This document shows positions 1 through 21,200 of a stretch of 64,000 bases of DNA, one piece after another. Numbering within the stretch: position 1 is the stretch's first letter; every line of letters starts with the position of its first letter. The notes under the pieces were generated by a model. It did not search any database and was not told the DNA's origin. It saw only the letters and a list, made by a program, of their open reading frames with translations. Source of the DNA: Lingula anatina (Eukaryota; Animalia; Brachiopoda). The stretch spans positions 16,930,848-16,994,847 of the forward strand of contig CM120643.1 in NCBI GenBank assembly GCA_051362555.1, given 5' to 3'. A program made the translations under genes and the position numbers.

Positions 1-150
1 TTTAACTTTCAACCATTTTTTAAAAGAAAAGGCGATTATGGGATGTTTCTCCTATGGTTGCTTTCTTTAAATATCATACTCCTAAAATTTTAAGTCACTG
101 TTATATTAGAAATTATTATTTTGGTATGCAATTTGAAAGCTTTATTTTAC

Positions 151-3100
151 CTTTAAAGCTTGTAATAGGCTGATGTAACCACATCCGTGAGTTAACTTTA
201 GGCATCTTTCATTGCCCTGAAAAGATAATTATAATACATCTCAATCATTAAATTTTATCAATTAAAACGACATACAAATAAACTGATGTAAAATACTTGT
301 CATTATACTTTGGATGAATGAAAAAAACAAACAGCATTGTGCATTTAAATGATTGCAGTGTATTTCAGTAGTACCTTGTTTGCTGCAGAAAATAGTTTGT
401 TGACAGATTCTCCCAAAACTCTCACTGAGTCCATAACCTCTTGCTTGTCCTGTATATAACATGGAAATGACATAGTTAGGCAGTTAATGAGAAGCAGCAG
501 AAACCTCAGGTTGTGAAAGAAACTACTAAATCTTTCAGGAAGATTAACAATACTGCAATAGGAACATTACATTACTTCAATATCTTATCTTGAGAATTGA
601 GAAATTTACAGTTTGTTATTTAAAAATCTACCTTTATAAAGACATGTCTACATCTATCCATGGATGCTTCGTAACAAATATGAATACTGATTTATTAAAA
701 ATGAATTTTATTATTTTCCTTTTTGTTTCCTATATGAATTCTTTATTTATATAAAACACTTACAAAAAACCTTCAACCTGCTGTAGCTATTTGCTTAGAT
801 AAACAAGGCTCAACTAACCAGTGGAATGTTATTTAAATGTGTGCTCAGTGCTGCCTCCTCGTAGTTCTCATATCTCTGTACATATGACCTATAGGGGGCG
901 TATATGGCCATGGCCAGGGTGGTGGCGTATTCACTTCCCAGAGGTCCCTCTGCATGACTTTCAAGAGCGGTCTCGATACTTTTTGCAAACCTTTCTGAGA
1001 CCTAAAATATTCATCATTTCATAGCATCATTAAATTAAACCAAACAAAAATTAGTATAAATGTGTGTATATAGTAGTCAATTGTAACCTACATTTCTATT
1101 GAAATTTTTCATGACCTGAATTATTATAAGGTTATTTCTGCAGGTTTTAATTGAACTAAATAAATAAATAGTATCAGTTTATGCTTATTGTAGTGAAGGG
1201 CAATTCATGATTTAATTTTTTGTGTCCACATACTTGAAGCACCTCCATCAATGCGTCCAATGGGCTGCTTTTGCTTTCCAGGAAGTTAGCAATGCAGTAT
1301 GGGATAGATGGTTCCATGGCCGCCAAAGTTTCTGTTAACAACTGGCTGACAATCTTCTCTGGTTCCTTGAAAACCTGACTGCACCACTGCACCTGATGGC
1401 AATAAATTTGTAAAGAATTATTAAAAAATGAATCAATATTTAATTGGATGAGCCAAAATTGTGGATGGTAAGGTGTATTCACGGGATGGATGCAAATTTT
1501 TTCTCTAACAATGTCTCTTCCAGACAGAGCTAGTAAATGATAAGTGTGGATTTGTACAAGGTTGATGTGCATCAGTTAGGAGGGCAGGGAAGGCAAGTTG
1601 AGGTCACCAATGATGAAAGGTCATTGGTCATTGATAAGGAAATCCAAGAGGAAAAGACCGTCTGAAAAAGTTACAAAAAAAAAAAAAAAAAAAAAAAAGA
1701 AAAAAAAAATCCACCACTAGACACTCGCAACCCGTCCTAAATCTCCACACCTGCACTCACCTGTGTGTGCCAAGTTGAAAACATCTGGTCATAGAACTCT
1801 GACAGCCACTCTACCACAGTCTCTTCTTGGTTGGTCTCCACTATTGTCTTCCACTGATTTAGCAGCTGAGTCTGGAAAATAAGTAGGAAATAGAAAACCA
1901 GGTCCAATCTAAAATTATGTGCATCAGTTCAGACTTGTGATATTCCAAGAGAAATTTGGCTACTCAATCCCATGGTTATGACTAGCTTTTTGGGCTCCTT
2001 GACACATTTTCACAAATCATGACCACCACTGTCAAACAAGGGGACTTGAAGTGACTCGCTGTTTTTGGTTTGGGGCTAAAAAGACCTCAAAATTCAAATA
2101 TGGTGGTCTGGATTACAGAGTTAATGACAGTCATATTTAGTTTACTTCTGAGTCAAAAAAAAAAAAAAAAAAAAAGATCTTATAAATCCCACAACAGACC
2201 CTTTGTTCGCAGTTTAAGTTTTATATCTATAATAATATGACTCACCTTGTGGCACTTGTGATAGTATTTGTAAAGCTGTGGCAATCTGTCTATGTTGGAG
2301 AAGATTTTTACGTAAACCTGGGCAGATTCTGAGGAAAGAGAAAAAAACTTGTAAATACCTCCTGGTCAGCATTATCTATTTAGTTACAGGAATATCTACC
2401 TCCTCTTACCTAATTTGTTATATTTCATTATTCAAATCTTTTTAAGTGATTATAATATTCAAAAATTAAGTTTCATTCAACACTTTCCCAAAAGATTTTA
2501 ATCCAAATCTAATGGACAATAATAATCAACAAGTGGAGAAATCATGTAATTTTTCATAGAAAATCCAAATTTTTACAATAATTTTCAGTCTTATAAAATC
2601 TGAAGTATCACCTAAAGACTTTGCGTTGAAAGCTGCTACAACTTGTGGACTCAACATGGCTTCCAGTCTATTTTTTAGTTTTTCCAAGTGCTGACACCTA
2701 TCTTTGTAATCAGGGACATCTACCAGGATTTGCTGGAATGAAACCATATTTCATATTTTCTGCTCCTTATAGGAGGGTTGTGTGAAGATGTCCGAGTGAT
2801 TTTCTTCAAAGTCAATGTTGCTATTCATTAAGCAGTTCAACATAAAATCATATAAAGAAAATAAAAGATTTTCCAACAATAAGATCAATGACCTTGAAAA
2901 TGGCAATGCTAATTATCTCTTTTGGATAACTTAATGTTCACTTGGATAAAGGATCACAGACCCAAAACATACAATTATAAATATCTACTTACCAAACTCT
3001 GCTGCATTCCAACCAATTTTTCTGCTATCTATAAAAGGAAAATGGAAGAATCATCAAAAAACATCTATAAATATTACACTAGACTGATAGAAGTTACGCA

Positions 3101-5715
3101 TTGTAAACAAGGTACCTGCTACCTATATCACGTCCATTAAGTTCCCATTTAAAGCAGTTTTATTTGCATTATGTAAAACAGTTCTCCAGTGAATAAAAAT
3201 ACTTTGCCACTATACCAAGTGTCAACTGGTATATTCTGCCTGTGCACCAGAAAGGGGGGGGGGAGCAGTTTGATACCCAGAGTTTTACCTCTAACACTAG
3301 ATCTGCTTGTGAATGATGTTAAATCAATAAAATAAATAGCATGTTTCAGATCAAAACAACTTTAAAATTGTTACCATGTTTTACATAAAGCTTGAGAATT
3401 AAACGTTATACTTATAACAAATTCAGTATCCTGAGTGATGATGTCCATGGAAAATGGAATAATGTTAGGGCTCTAACTATCTGTCCCATGTAAATGCTCA
3501 GAATGAGAATTTGTTTGTTCTTCATTTGATTGAAATTACTACTGACTGAATCCAAATATATATACACGATGATAACTTACCACATTTATATCCTGAGAAT
3601 CAAAAACTTCTTCAATGTCAGCTGAGAGAGTAGACCAGTTATCGGCTTCCTACAGAATACAATACGAGTCACACATTGGTTCTAAAACATTCTTGCATTT
3701 TAATGTTTAAACATTCTAAAACATTTACCAATATTATCCATACTTTTACGTATTGATTCATAACAAAGTCAAATAAAAGTTAAAACTTGAACAACTCGGT
3801 TCATATGTATATTCCAACTTTTTAAATTGTCTTATTGTGTTAAACAAGAGGCAAGTGTAGCCTGAAAGTGACTACATAGCTTGTAGATTAATTTGTTTCA
3901 AACCACTCAAAATGTATGATGTGGCTTTTCTGTTATTTGCAAATTGACTACGGTGTACATGATTTCATTAGAACCATTCAAGTATTTGGCTAATATGATA
4001 TAGCATGCTAATTGTAAATTGAGGAACAGCCCTGTTGCACAAATACCTTGAGAGCATTAGAAGCAGCTTGCATTCTAGATTTGATGTTGTCCAACTGTAG
4101 CAGCATCTGCATGCTTTGCGAGGTGTCATGTTCTACCTGATAGGAAGAATATAAAGGGATTTTCTTCACAAGGACAGAACCAGTGGGAAATTATTTGAAA
4201 TCCTTTGCTGAGACAAATTAGAGGACACACACTACTGTATGCTTCTGGCATGTTTGGGACTTACCCATGACATCACTGTGTGAATCTACTACTTGAGTGT
4301 TTGAGAAATTAAAACATACTTTTCAAATCAATATATTAAAATATCGTATGTCATTCTTAAGACCAAATTTAAATATGTGTATGTGCAATTAAGTTTTGCA
4401 GCTATTTTCTCTACTCATTTGCTATCTTAGATAAATATAAAATATACTAATGCAATTTTCATTACACTGAAATTGTAATGTCAGTGATGTATTTGTCTAC
4501 ATCAGTGCATCTATATTTAAAATATATTTTTCTATTCCTCCACACCTTCTGAATGTCCTCTTTTACCATCCTCATCTGGTCCTGCAGCAAAGATGCTTCC
4601 TGTTTTACTGCTTCTATCTCACGGATTACCCTACAATTAAAAAACACTACTGCATGATACACTGATTGAACCTAAGACTTATTACAATGTCACAATACCC
4701 ACGGAAATCATTTAAAGTATTATGAATTGCCCTCTTATTGTTATATTTCAAGAAAATATTTATATAGTCAACATTCTGAAATTAATAAAAGCATTTACCC
4801 ACTTATATCAAGACATTTGAACTACCAAAAAATCACTTGAATATATAAAAGAAAATAAAATAAAAAGCATCAATGTCACAATAACAAGTACATTTCCCCA
4901 GTGAAGCAATCTTGATTGCAACCTCGGTCAAGATTACCTGGGTAAATTCTGAACAGCCTGCTGACTTGCTTCCTCAATGACATTGTTCACTTCTTGTATG
5001 AACATCTGTAGCTTCATCACCATGGTAGTGGCATATTGCTGAAATTACATTGCATCAATTTTATCAACCAATTGCAAACATAATAAAAAAAAAGAGTCAA
5101 ATAAAAAACAAAGACAAGAAGGAAAATTCAACAAGGAAACTGAAAACTAATAATGAAAAAAAGAAAAAACTGATCAATACATGAAACTGAGAATATACAG
5201 TTTTTAAGCTGTTAAAAACAGCCATGAGTTTATTCTTTTATTATATTAAAATATTGTTTTAAATTGAATTTTAAACTCGAATGTGATTAAAACTGCTTAC
5301 AGTAAGGCTGCAAATTTGGATATGTTCCTTTAAGATGCTTACACAAATATGCTGTGGTATATGCAATACTCACATCCTTTTTGACTGTTGGATCCTTCTG
5401 GGACTTAAAGGCAGCATTAACCCATTCCTTTATGTCAAAATTTTCATCCAGAAATTTAGAGAAATCCTATGAAATACACATAATGATGTTTTTTTAACAG
5501 ACAGGACAATAGCATGTATATTATGGTTCATTTCTGTTCTTAATTGCACACTTAAATATGGAGAGAGAGAACCAAATGATATAAAATTAACAAAATACAA
5601 GTTTAAGAAATGAAACGGTTTCAACCAAATTATTTATTCGTGCATCTTCATGCAGTTCATTTACTTGTTAAACATTCTAGAGACACATGGTATATTGAGC
5701 TCTTCAACTTACCAT
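151..5715 (-). CDS. COG7: Conserved oligomeric Golgi complex subunit 7, 5' part (gene continues beyond window start)
   Basis: Minus-strand GT-AG exons with matching phases: 5713-5715 (ATG), 5374-5466, 4938-5038, 4546-4630, 4047-4136, 3581-3649, 2993-3028, 2612-2732, 2246-2328, 1761-1871, 1234-1392, 819-1001, 375-449, 151-216. Translation [22 protein letters not shown]...[14 protein letters not shown]...[43 protein letters not shown]...[16 protein letters not shown]...[21 protein letters not shown] is the recognisable COG7 N-terminus. Confidence 0.95.
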
Positions 5716-5830
5716 TATCATGCATCCCTTAATTGTGTTTTTTGGGCAATTAGTCGTAGGTTTTTCCCCACCACTCACAAGAGATACTCGTCCTTCTTGT
5801 TTGCCACACGTCAATTAAGTACCCACTTAC

Positions 5831-6110
5831 GGCAGCGGTGAAAATGACTCGAGAGTACCGTTGATAATTTAACAATTAATTTTGACTTATGTGATCACCA
5901 AATTGAATATTTGGTATTAAGTATGAAATAAAAATAACATATTAATGATGAAAAGTGAACGAAATGTATGAATATATCATAACTAGGCCAAAAGGTATAC
6001 TAGATAGATGCATGGAAATATACAACCCTTTTCGCGCTATTCTCAACATGTGTTACAAGAAGGCGAAGCCGAAAATCAGTTCAAAAAGTTGAAGATAAAA
6101 GTCTATTTAA
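5831..6110. promoter_or_regulatory. Compact bidirectional promoter region between COG7 and TANGO6
   Basis: Minus-strand donor (CC|GTAAGT) at 5830 and plus-strand donor (AAG|GTAAGC) at 6111 bracket about 280 bp; local CpG enrichment; E2F-type site TTTCGCGC at 6030-6037. TSSs are not visible from sequence. Confidence 0.65.
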
Positions 6111-6584
6111 GGTAAGCACAGGTGAGCAAAATTTGCTGTGAAAGACCCATGACTGTTCAAAGCACGGTGTTTAATTTTATGGAGATCCTTTCACCAGATT
6201 TAGCCAAACTGCATCAGGAGTTGCCACAGTTTTCGGCCCCCCTACCGGTTCAGTATGGTTGTAAACATGTTAAGTACCACTGTATCTGTAAGGCCCAAAT
6301 AGTGGCAATTTTGAACGGCCAACAGTTCACCGCAAAACATTAACATGATGCAACTTGTTGACCATTTATATAGTTCCATTCGTTGTTTGATTTGAATTTT
6401 TATCATTCTCCCTTGAAAGTTAGCATACTGGTACGTAACAGTACTATTCCTTTTAATATTTTTTTAATTAAATCATACACCATAAAGTATAATATGCTGT
6501 CTTGAGGACACTGGCTTATAACTAATTATTTGTGCCATTATAATTAAATTTATGTGACATTTTACTTTTTACCTTTCATTCCAG

Positions 6585-13638
<7,054 letters not shown>

Positions 13639-13874
13639 CATTCAAGAAAACATGGTGGATAGGGTGCTCTAGATGAGTTTCAGAAACTGTGAAGCTTTGT
13701 TCTGGTGAGCTCGCATTTGAAAGTCAGAATGTGCTGGTGTCCTAGATAATTTTTAACTTTTATTTTTTATCAAAATTCTGAATGGGCTTTAAAATAAGGC
13801 AGTGAAATCACCATTTCTAACTGAATCATCCTACCACTTATAAAAAATGTTCTTTTTTTCTGTAAAACGAAAGC

Positions 13875-13880
13875 AATAAA
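13875..13880 (+). terminator. Candidate polyadenylation signal AATAAA of TANGO6
   Basis: First AATAAA after the stop at 13638, followed by T/GT-rich sequence. Confidence 0.55.
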
Positions 13881-13913
13881 AAATCAATTGTGCAAATATT
13901 TTCATATGTATGT

Positions 13914-13919
13914 TTTATT
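13914..13919 (-). terminator. Candidate polyadenylation signal AATAAA of the RhoGEF gene
   Basis: TTTATT on the plus strand about 1.35 kb downstream of the RhoGEF stop codon; one of several possible signals in AT-rich DNA. Confidence 0.35.
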
Positions 13920-15267
13920 ATTTATAAGAATTTTTTTCATATTTTCCCCACAGTAGTAGTGTGTTTGATCTGGCAAATACCCAAACCACTGCATCAGCAC
14001 ATTTTAAATATATTAACAGCATGCCTCTTGCATAGCAAAGTTTTTTGTTTCAAAAATAATATCATTATTTTAATAACAACAGTTGTATTTATATAAAATC
14101 TAGATGATATATACACTACACATACATGCGTTTAATAATAATAATCTCATCAGATCTGTACATAAATATACAAAGCTAACAACTTGCAAGGAAAAACAGT
14201 TTGAATTTCTTCTACTGATTTCTTCACAGTATCAACAAAAATAATTATCATTTGTGATTTAACTCAATTAGCTTCCAGATCACATATTTCAGCAGTCTGC
14301 TGATTAATGCTAACATAGGATAAGACCATTCTTAAAAGTTCTTATTGCTTAGTCCATTTCTTTCAATAATTTTAATAAAAAATGGGTTCATGTTTTCTTA
14401 TTGCTTTACACGTGGTTATATATTTCCGGCAGTAATATCTAAGCAAAACTAAGAATCTCTGTCTTCATCTTTGGATAAAATTCAAATTATCCACCGACAT
14501 TTGCATTGATATACTTCACATTTGCATTTGGAATTTCAGAAATTTGTTCTACATTGCACTCCAAGTTCGCTATGTATGAGGTAAAAACTGCAACAGATGT
14601 ACAGGTGTATAAATAACAGGAAATGTGATTGTAAATCAAAATAGTAATAAAAAACTTGTTCTAATAACAACAACAAAATAACAGTAAAGATACCTTTACA
14701 GGCTGAGAGCTAGCCTGCAAGTCAAACCAAATGCATTAGTTAAATCTCCCATGTTTTCTATTTGTTTTATAAAATAAAGCAAATAAACTTTCAGTTTTAA
14801 AATACTTTCTGGGATTTTTTAAAATTGAATTTCTGCTTTTAATAAAGCAACTAAGACCTTGCTGCTTAAACAAAAGACAGCAAAAAGATTTTAATTACAA
14901 TTTGTGGTTCTTAAAAGATCCTGTATTCATGATTTAAATAAATACCATTCTGGTGCTTGAATGCTGCTTTGAAAATGATGTAGCATTGTTGTTTCATGTC
15001 AAGTTTCGAAATTCACTGTAATTCCAATTTTGCAATGTATCCATCTCCATAGTGTCAAGTGTCACCACCAGAAGGTGATTACTTCCAAGATAAGCCAATG
15101 TAGTACCTTATGTTTTCTGGAAATCCCACCTCAGTTTTACTTGTTGGCAATGATAAAGGATCATATTTGGATGAAAATATTGAGTTCTACAACGTCCACA
15201 CACCATCGTGTCATGTCAGTTGGCACTTTGAAATTCACTTCAGTTGATCATGCACATTATACTTCTT

Positions 15268-18200
15268 TTATACCTGAAATGTAAGAAAAAACACAGTAAG
15301 TGGAAGTAAGAGCATTGTTCTACTTTGAACCTTTCATTTATGAATGAAAAATGCTGGCATATATACATCAAAGAGAATTTTCATTTTTTTTTTCTGCAAA
15401 TTACTAGCAAAATGCACAGATCTAAACTTGCCACAAAGTCCAGAAAAGCACATTTTATAAAGATAATTTTGTCAATGGCAAATATTTTTTCCAATCATAC
15501 TAATGGACATTACCTCTGTCACCATAGAGCTGGATGCCATGGTGGATGTTGGTGAGGCTTGCAGCGTGTAAGAGCTGACAGATGCTCCGCTGTCACTTCT
15601 CTCCACGTCGCGTTTACTGGTCGACTCGCTGGATTCTGTGCTCATGTCTGCACAAATACCACTCTCTGAAATTTGAAAAAAGAATGTTAAAAAAACTTCA
15701 CTTTTTTCCCCTAGGAATGTACAAAACTACCTCAAGAAAATATCTGTACATTTATTACTGTTTTAAAAGTCACAGAAGTTGTTTGAGTATCTCCGTGCAA
15801 AAGGACACTAATCAATTTTTACTTTTGAATCCGTGGCACCATGATAAATCATTGCAGATATGGGTTAGCATTTCATGTAGAAAATCATCATTTTTACCTA
15901 AAGTGTCTTCTGGTGGGATTGTTTCAAAGGTGCTAACTATTTTAATATCAACAGATGCTTAAAACATTCAAAACATAACCAGATCTGTCCCTCACCTACT
16001 GAACACAGTGTATAAGACCTGCAGGGTTTGGAGAAGTCATCTTCACCCTGCTCATACAGAGTCACATTGAGTGTACCAAACATGTTGCCTTGGTAACTGG
16101 ACTGACCGCTACTGGACGATGACGTGCTACTGACTGAGATAATGGAATGTGGACGTTTGTTGCCGTTTTTTAGATGGTCAAATGAAGAAACGGCTATTGA
16201 ATTCCTGGTGCGAGCTGGAAAATTAAAAGTAAAAATAATGATAATTTGAATAGATATGAACTCAAATAATAAGAAAAGAAATATGTTAATTCTCAGTTAA
16301 TCAAAGAAATTGGAGGTTATTTGGTTGTGCTTGACGTCAAACAGTTGCCTTTAAATTAGATATAAGTAACCCTGACAATTAGTCCAAATTTAGATTTTTT
16401 ATTTTTTTACCGGACTAATTTATGTAATTTAATGACATAAGCAAACAGCAGAAAAATGAAATCTGTTTTATGACTGACAAAAAGTATTCTAACATGGCAA
16501 AAATGTTGTGTGGAACTTGGACGATGGCTTACGTTTATTCCCCATGGAAATGTTTACCAGCCTGTCACTGATGTTGTCTTCACTCTGCTTCAAGTCAATA
16601 CATGGCTTACTGCCAATTCCCATTGATGTCATTTCTGCTTGGCGCAGTTCTGAAGGAGAAAGGTTATTATAAATTTATACATATTGTAATTACTTTACTT
16701 TGCTACATTGTTCAGTTTCTTTTATTGTACCCCAAAATGCATTGTTCTTTTTCTGACATTATAAGCAACAGAAAACATTTCATTGATATGGGTTTATTAA
16801 AATGTTTACTATAAACAAAAATAATTGTTTTACTACCAACCTCTATTTCTGATGGCCTGTCTCCAGAGAATGCGAGAGATGTCACGCACCCAGGCATTTT
16901 TCGAATCAGAGGATGCAGCTTGCAGGACATAAGTGTCGCCATGATTCAGTTTGCGAAACCAGATCTCGAACCTGTAGCCACTGTCTCCCACGTTCTCTGT
17001 CATCCCAATGTCTGTTGTCTGAGGGGGCAAAATGGATGACTTTTGATTAGTTTTGATAAACTTAACACATAAATACAAAGTGCATAAATTTCAGAAATAT
17101 TATTAGTTATCTAACTTTAAATGAGTCAATGAAAATATTCAAAAATTGCACATTCAAGAAAACTTCAAATAATTTAACCATCTTTTGATCTGACCTGCTA
17201 CAGAATACTTTTACATCTTGGATGAATAATGATAGTACTTCAAACAAATAAACTTCTACTTCAAATAAACCACAACTGAAATAGAAAAAAATCTCACCTT
17301 GATACTGCTCTTATAAATGTAAGCATCATGACCAAAGGCACTTCTCTTGGTCTTACTGAATAGTATCAGATCCTCAAACAGAAACACATGACGCACTGAT
17401 TTCCGTCGACCCTGCCAGACAAGGAAGCTCTCTTGACGAAGCAGACGACCTTGTTCAGGAAGGTTGACATCACATCCTATAATGGCGTCCATGGCAAGGA
17501 GATCATTTCCATGACGAAGTTGGAACTTCACCATTTCCTCAGCAGCCTGCAGAAAAAAATGGTGTGTGACTGATAAATGTGATGTTTCTGACCTGAGAAT
17601 AAATACACACATTTCCTTTGTTTTGGAGAAAAAAATCAAAATAGGAGCTTCTTCTAACTTATAAAGCAACACATCTGATTAAACAAACAGCTAGGCAATT
17701 TAAAATTATGATACTATTGCTGAATTTTAAATCAACAACATTCTCTGTCATACTTTTCACAAAAGACCTTTTGAAAAAGCCAGCCATCCCAAGAAGTAAA
17801 CATTTGTTCTTAATCAAAAATGGCACTCTACCTTTAGATCCTGGTACTCTGGCTCCGTCTCTGGGCACTCCTTGATGATCTGTTTGAGCAGAAGGGCATA
17901 CTTCCCCATCCTCTGGACTGGCTTTAACAAGTAGCTTCCCAGGTCCATTCTGTCCCCTAGCTCCACTTGCTTAGCCTGGGGAACACAAAATATATGTCCA
18001 ATAATATTATAATAGTTTGAGGATGGTCGTAACAGAATGTGTCAGTTCAAAGAGATGAAGAGCTAGATTTTTGGATGAAAAGTACTTGACTAGACTGTGT
18101 GATGGTTGAAAAGATCTAAGATAGATTTTCTTTAAATGAGAATTTTACAGTGGGACAATCTTTTCAAATTCATTGTGTTTTCATACCAATATCAGATTTG

Positions 18201-21200
18201 CTTTAAAGAAGATTATAATGGTCTGGTGCTAAATTTGTTTGATGACATGAATGAAACAAAATTTCTGGTAAAAAAAAACTAAAATTGGTTAGTATTACTC
18301 ATCACTGCCATGAGGCATGGCTGCATCAGAGCACAACATCTATAGAAACAATTTTTCCCCAACTAGTATCTATCTCCTCCTGTTATCACTTGCTGAAATT
18401 ATTTTTCATTCAAAGTTGTTCCTTACCCGAAAGAACCTGCTGCCATAGTCCTGCATTAAGGCATCAGACTTGGGTTTGTTTTTATTGTACAAGGCATACA
18501 GGTAAAACTGAGGTTCCTGAAAAATAACCAGCAAAAATTTATACATAAAATTTCAATTACTAAACACAAGGTAGTGGTTTCCAGTGGTAGTTAATTCAAG
18601 TTCGTATTTGTGCCAGGAAAATAAAATCATGTTCTGAAAATAATTATTTTATAAGAAATATTACATAATATAAATTGTCAAAGATGGGGAAAGCTCCTTA
18701 CATGTTGTAGAAAGAATTGGCACACTTGGAATGGAGACCCTTCACTCTGCTCCAGTTCTTGGAGAAAATATTGGCTGTGGAACTGGTAGATCTTCTCAAT
18801 ATTGCCGAAGATGAGGTTGCGTTTGCCCCTCAGCGCCTGAGGCACGTCATCCCGCTCCAGCTCCGGAATGTAGTTTTGGATCACATATTTGAGGGACTGG
18901 ACATAGTCCCGCTCCGTCTGGACCATCTCACGCATGACAAGGTTCAATGTTCTGAAGTCACAGGTGGAATATTGTTAAACAAATTGAAAGCATTTCAAGA
19001 AGTAAATATTTATTTTATTGTACCCTTCCTTCACAAAATTATTCAACGTGTAAGTCATTTCAAGTTTATGCTTTCTCTAATGCCTTCATTAACAGATTCT
19101 ATCCAAAATTTATTAAAATAAAAAAAAAAAAATCAAAACTGCAGAGTGTAAAGCCTAGAGTAATTATAGTAAAAAAATTCCTTACACATACACAAAATTT
19201 TTGTAGGTAGTACTTAAATAAGTTCATTCAAGTGTTGTAAAAAGGTATTTTGGCATTTTGTGCATTATTTTGAGTCTCTGAAACTTAAAAAGGCCAAATA
19301 ATAGAAAATGTGAGACATTCAACAATATTAAGCTATTGCTGTATTTGTGTGTATTCTATGATAAATCAGCACCTACCGTCTGCTCTTGATCTCCGCCTCT
19401 GTCAGCCTGAGATCAGACATGGAGCTGTGATGGGGTTTACTGATGAGATGTGTGTTCACAGGAACTGGGGACCAGCTCTCCTTACGGGGCTCTGTCACCT
19501 GGGGTTCCTCTTCTTCTGGTAGACTACATAACAAAGACATCAAAACTCAATGTCAAATTGGACTCTCTGTTAGTTGGTGGCTACATTCAGACCACAAATA
19601 GTTGCCATGAATATTCAGAATCAAATTCAACTTTCCTCTTCATTTTGGTCACTTATGGAAATCAATTGAACAAGCTTGTATCACCTGACTCCATGAATGT
19701 TGAACAGAATACATGGGAAATTCATGTTACTCAACAGTACATTTCACAAGGTAAGAGTCACAATTCTAGGAAAACACAATTTTAATGACACTGGAAAAAA
19801 ACATATATGCCTGTACATGCCTAGCCTAGTTACTCACCTAGGTAAGCTGTCAGAACTCCCTGTAATTAGACTGATGGATTTCCCTTGCCTCTTCTCTAGC
19901 AAACTATCAGCCTGCCTCCTCTCCACAATTGGCGCCATCTGCTGGACACACTGCGGAGATAATGAGGATGATGACGCTGACGTTGACATTGAAGAGTTAG
20001 CACCACCTAAGTTTGTGAATAGAGGCATACTGTGTGTTTTTATCATTTTTCTAAGAGGCTTCAAAATCCTGTCTTTTTTGTTCATTGACACCGTGGTTGA
20101 GGATGATGTTGTTGTGGATTCGGAAGAGATGCTTGCGGAATCCACATCATCTTTGGTAAGGTTTTCCCGTGAGCGTGGTCTGGGAATGGACGTCACCACC
20201 CTGTGTGACATATCCTCAGTGATGAGTCCTTCGTTAAAGAGTTGCTCCTCATATTCAGAGAGATTCATTCCAATGCTGTCCCTGTACGTGGGAGGGGAAA
20301 CCCCGAACATTTGAACACTGTTTCTGCTCCCTGGCTGCATCAGCTGAGAGGAGGGCATTCCTGCATACGACCTCCGCCGAATATGCGCCAAAGATTGCTG
20401 CTGACTAACAGGCGTACTTGAAGATTTTGGCAACCACACTTTATTATTATCTACACCGTCTGATGCATGACTATATCTCCGTCTCATCTGTGGTGTTTCT
20501 GGCATCACCAAGGGCTTTCTCCCTTCACTGTCTTTTTTCATTTGAGTTACAATTAACTGATCCTTGGCTTTACATAGTGTAAGCTGGCGTACCCGTAATA
20601 ACTCCCCGGTCTCTAAACACCGAGACCGTGCCACTTTGCACTGTTCTTGGAGTTTCTCGTTTTTGAGCCTAACGGCTAAGTCTTGCATCTTATCAAAGGT
20701 GTCTCCCCCTATAGGGGGGTGGTTCTTTAGGTATGATGCTAAACTGGTGCTCAATGTTTCAAGGCCTTCAATGGTGTTGCAAGTGTCCATTTTCATGCTG
20801 GCAACATATTTCATGGCTTCCAATGCCCATTCATAAGCCTGTGGAAAGAAAGAGCGTACATTAAATTCTTGTCTGGCATCTTATTTTCTGCTAAATCGAG
20901 ATAATTTGTTGCATCATTTTAGCAATATTGTGCATAATGCTTGGCAAATTTAAACCAAAAAACCCAAAATTATGACATCAAAACAAATTTGCAGCTGCAA
21001 TGTAAACTACCACAGAAGACTTAAAGCACAAGACTCGTTTCATTCAAGCTGTGAGCGAATGAACCTCAAAAATTTCAATATAACAGGCTCCAGCTGTTGT
21101 TGAACAGACAGTCAAGCAGATCTCCTGTACTGGTAGTTTTCTGCCAAATGACATGGAGCTACATGTGTACCTGACATTGCTCAAGTTCTACACATTCATA

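Noticed and set aside
1605-1670. C-box (ATGATGA) and D-box (CTGA) pair resembling a C/D snoRNA in a COG7 intron
   Set aside because: On the strand opposite to the host gene, no terminal stem; more likely part of a repeat remnant next to the poly(A) run.
5847-5858. ACTCGAGAGT resembling the TCTCGCGAGA motif of bidirectional promoters
   Set aside because: Multiple mismatches including the central CGCG.
19697-20314. 205 aa plus-strand ORF and similar antisense ORFs (11691-12140, 18717-19121, 55087-55422)
   Set aside because: Antisense shadows of genuine coding exons.
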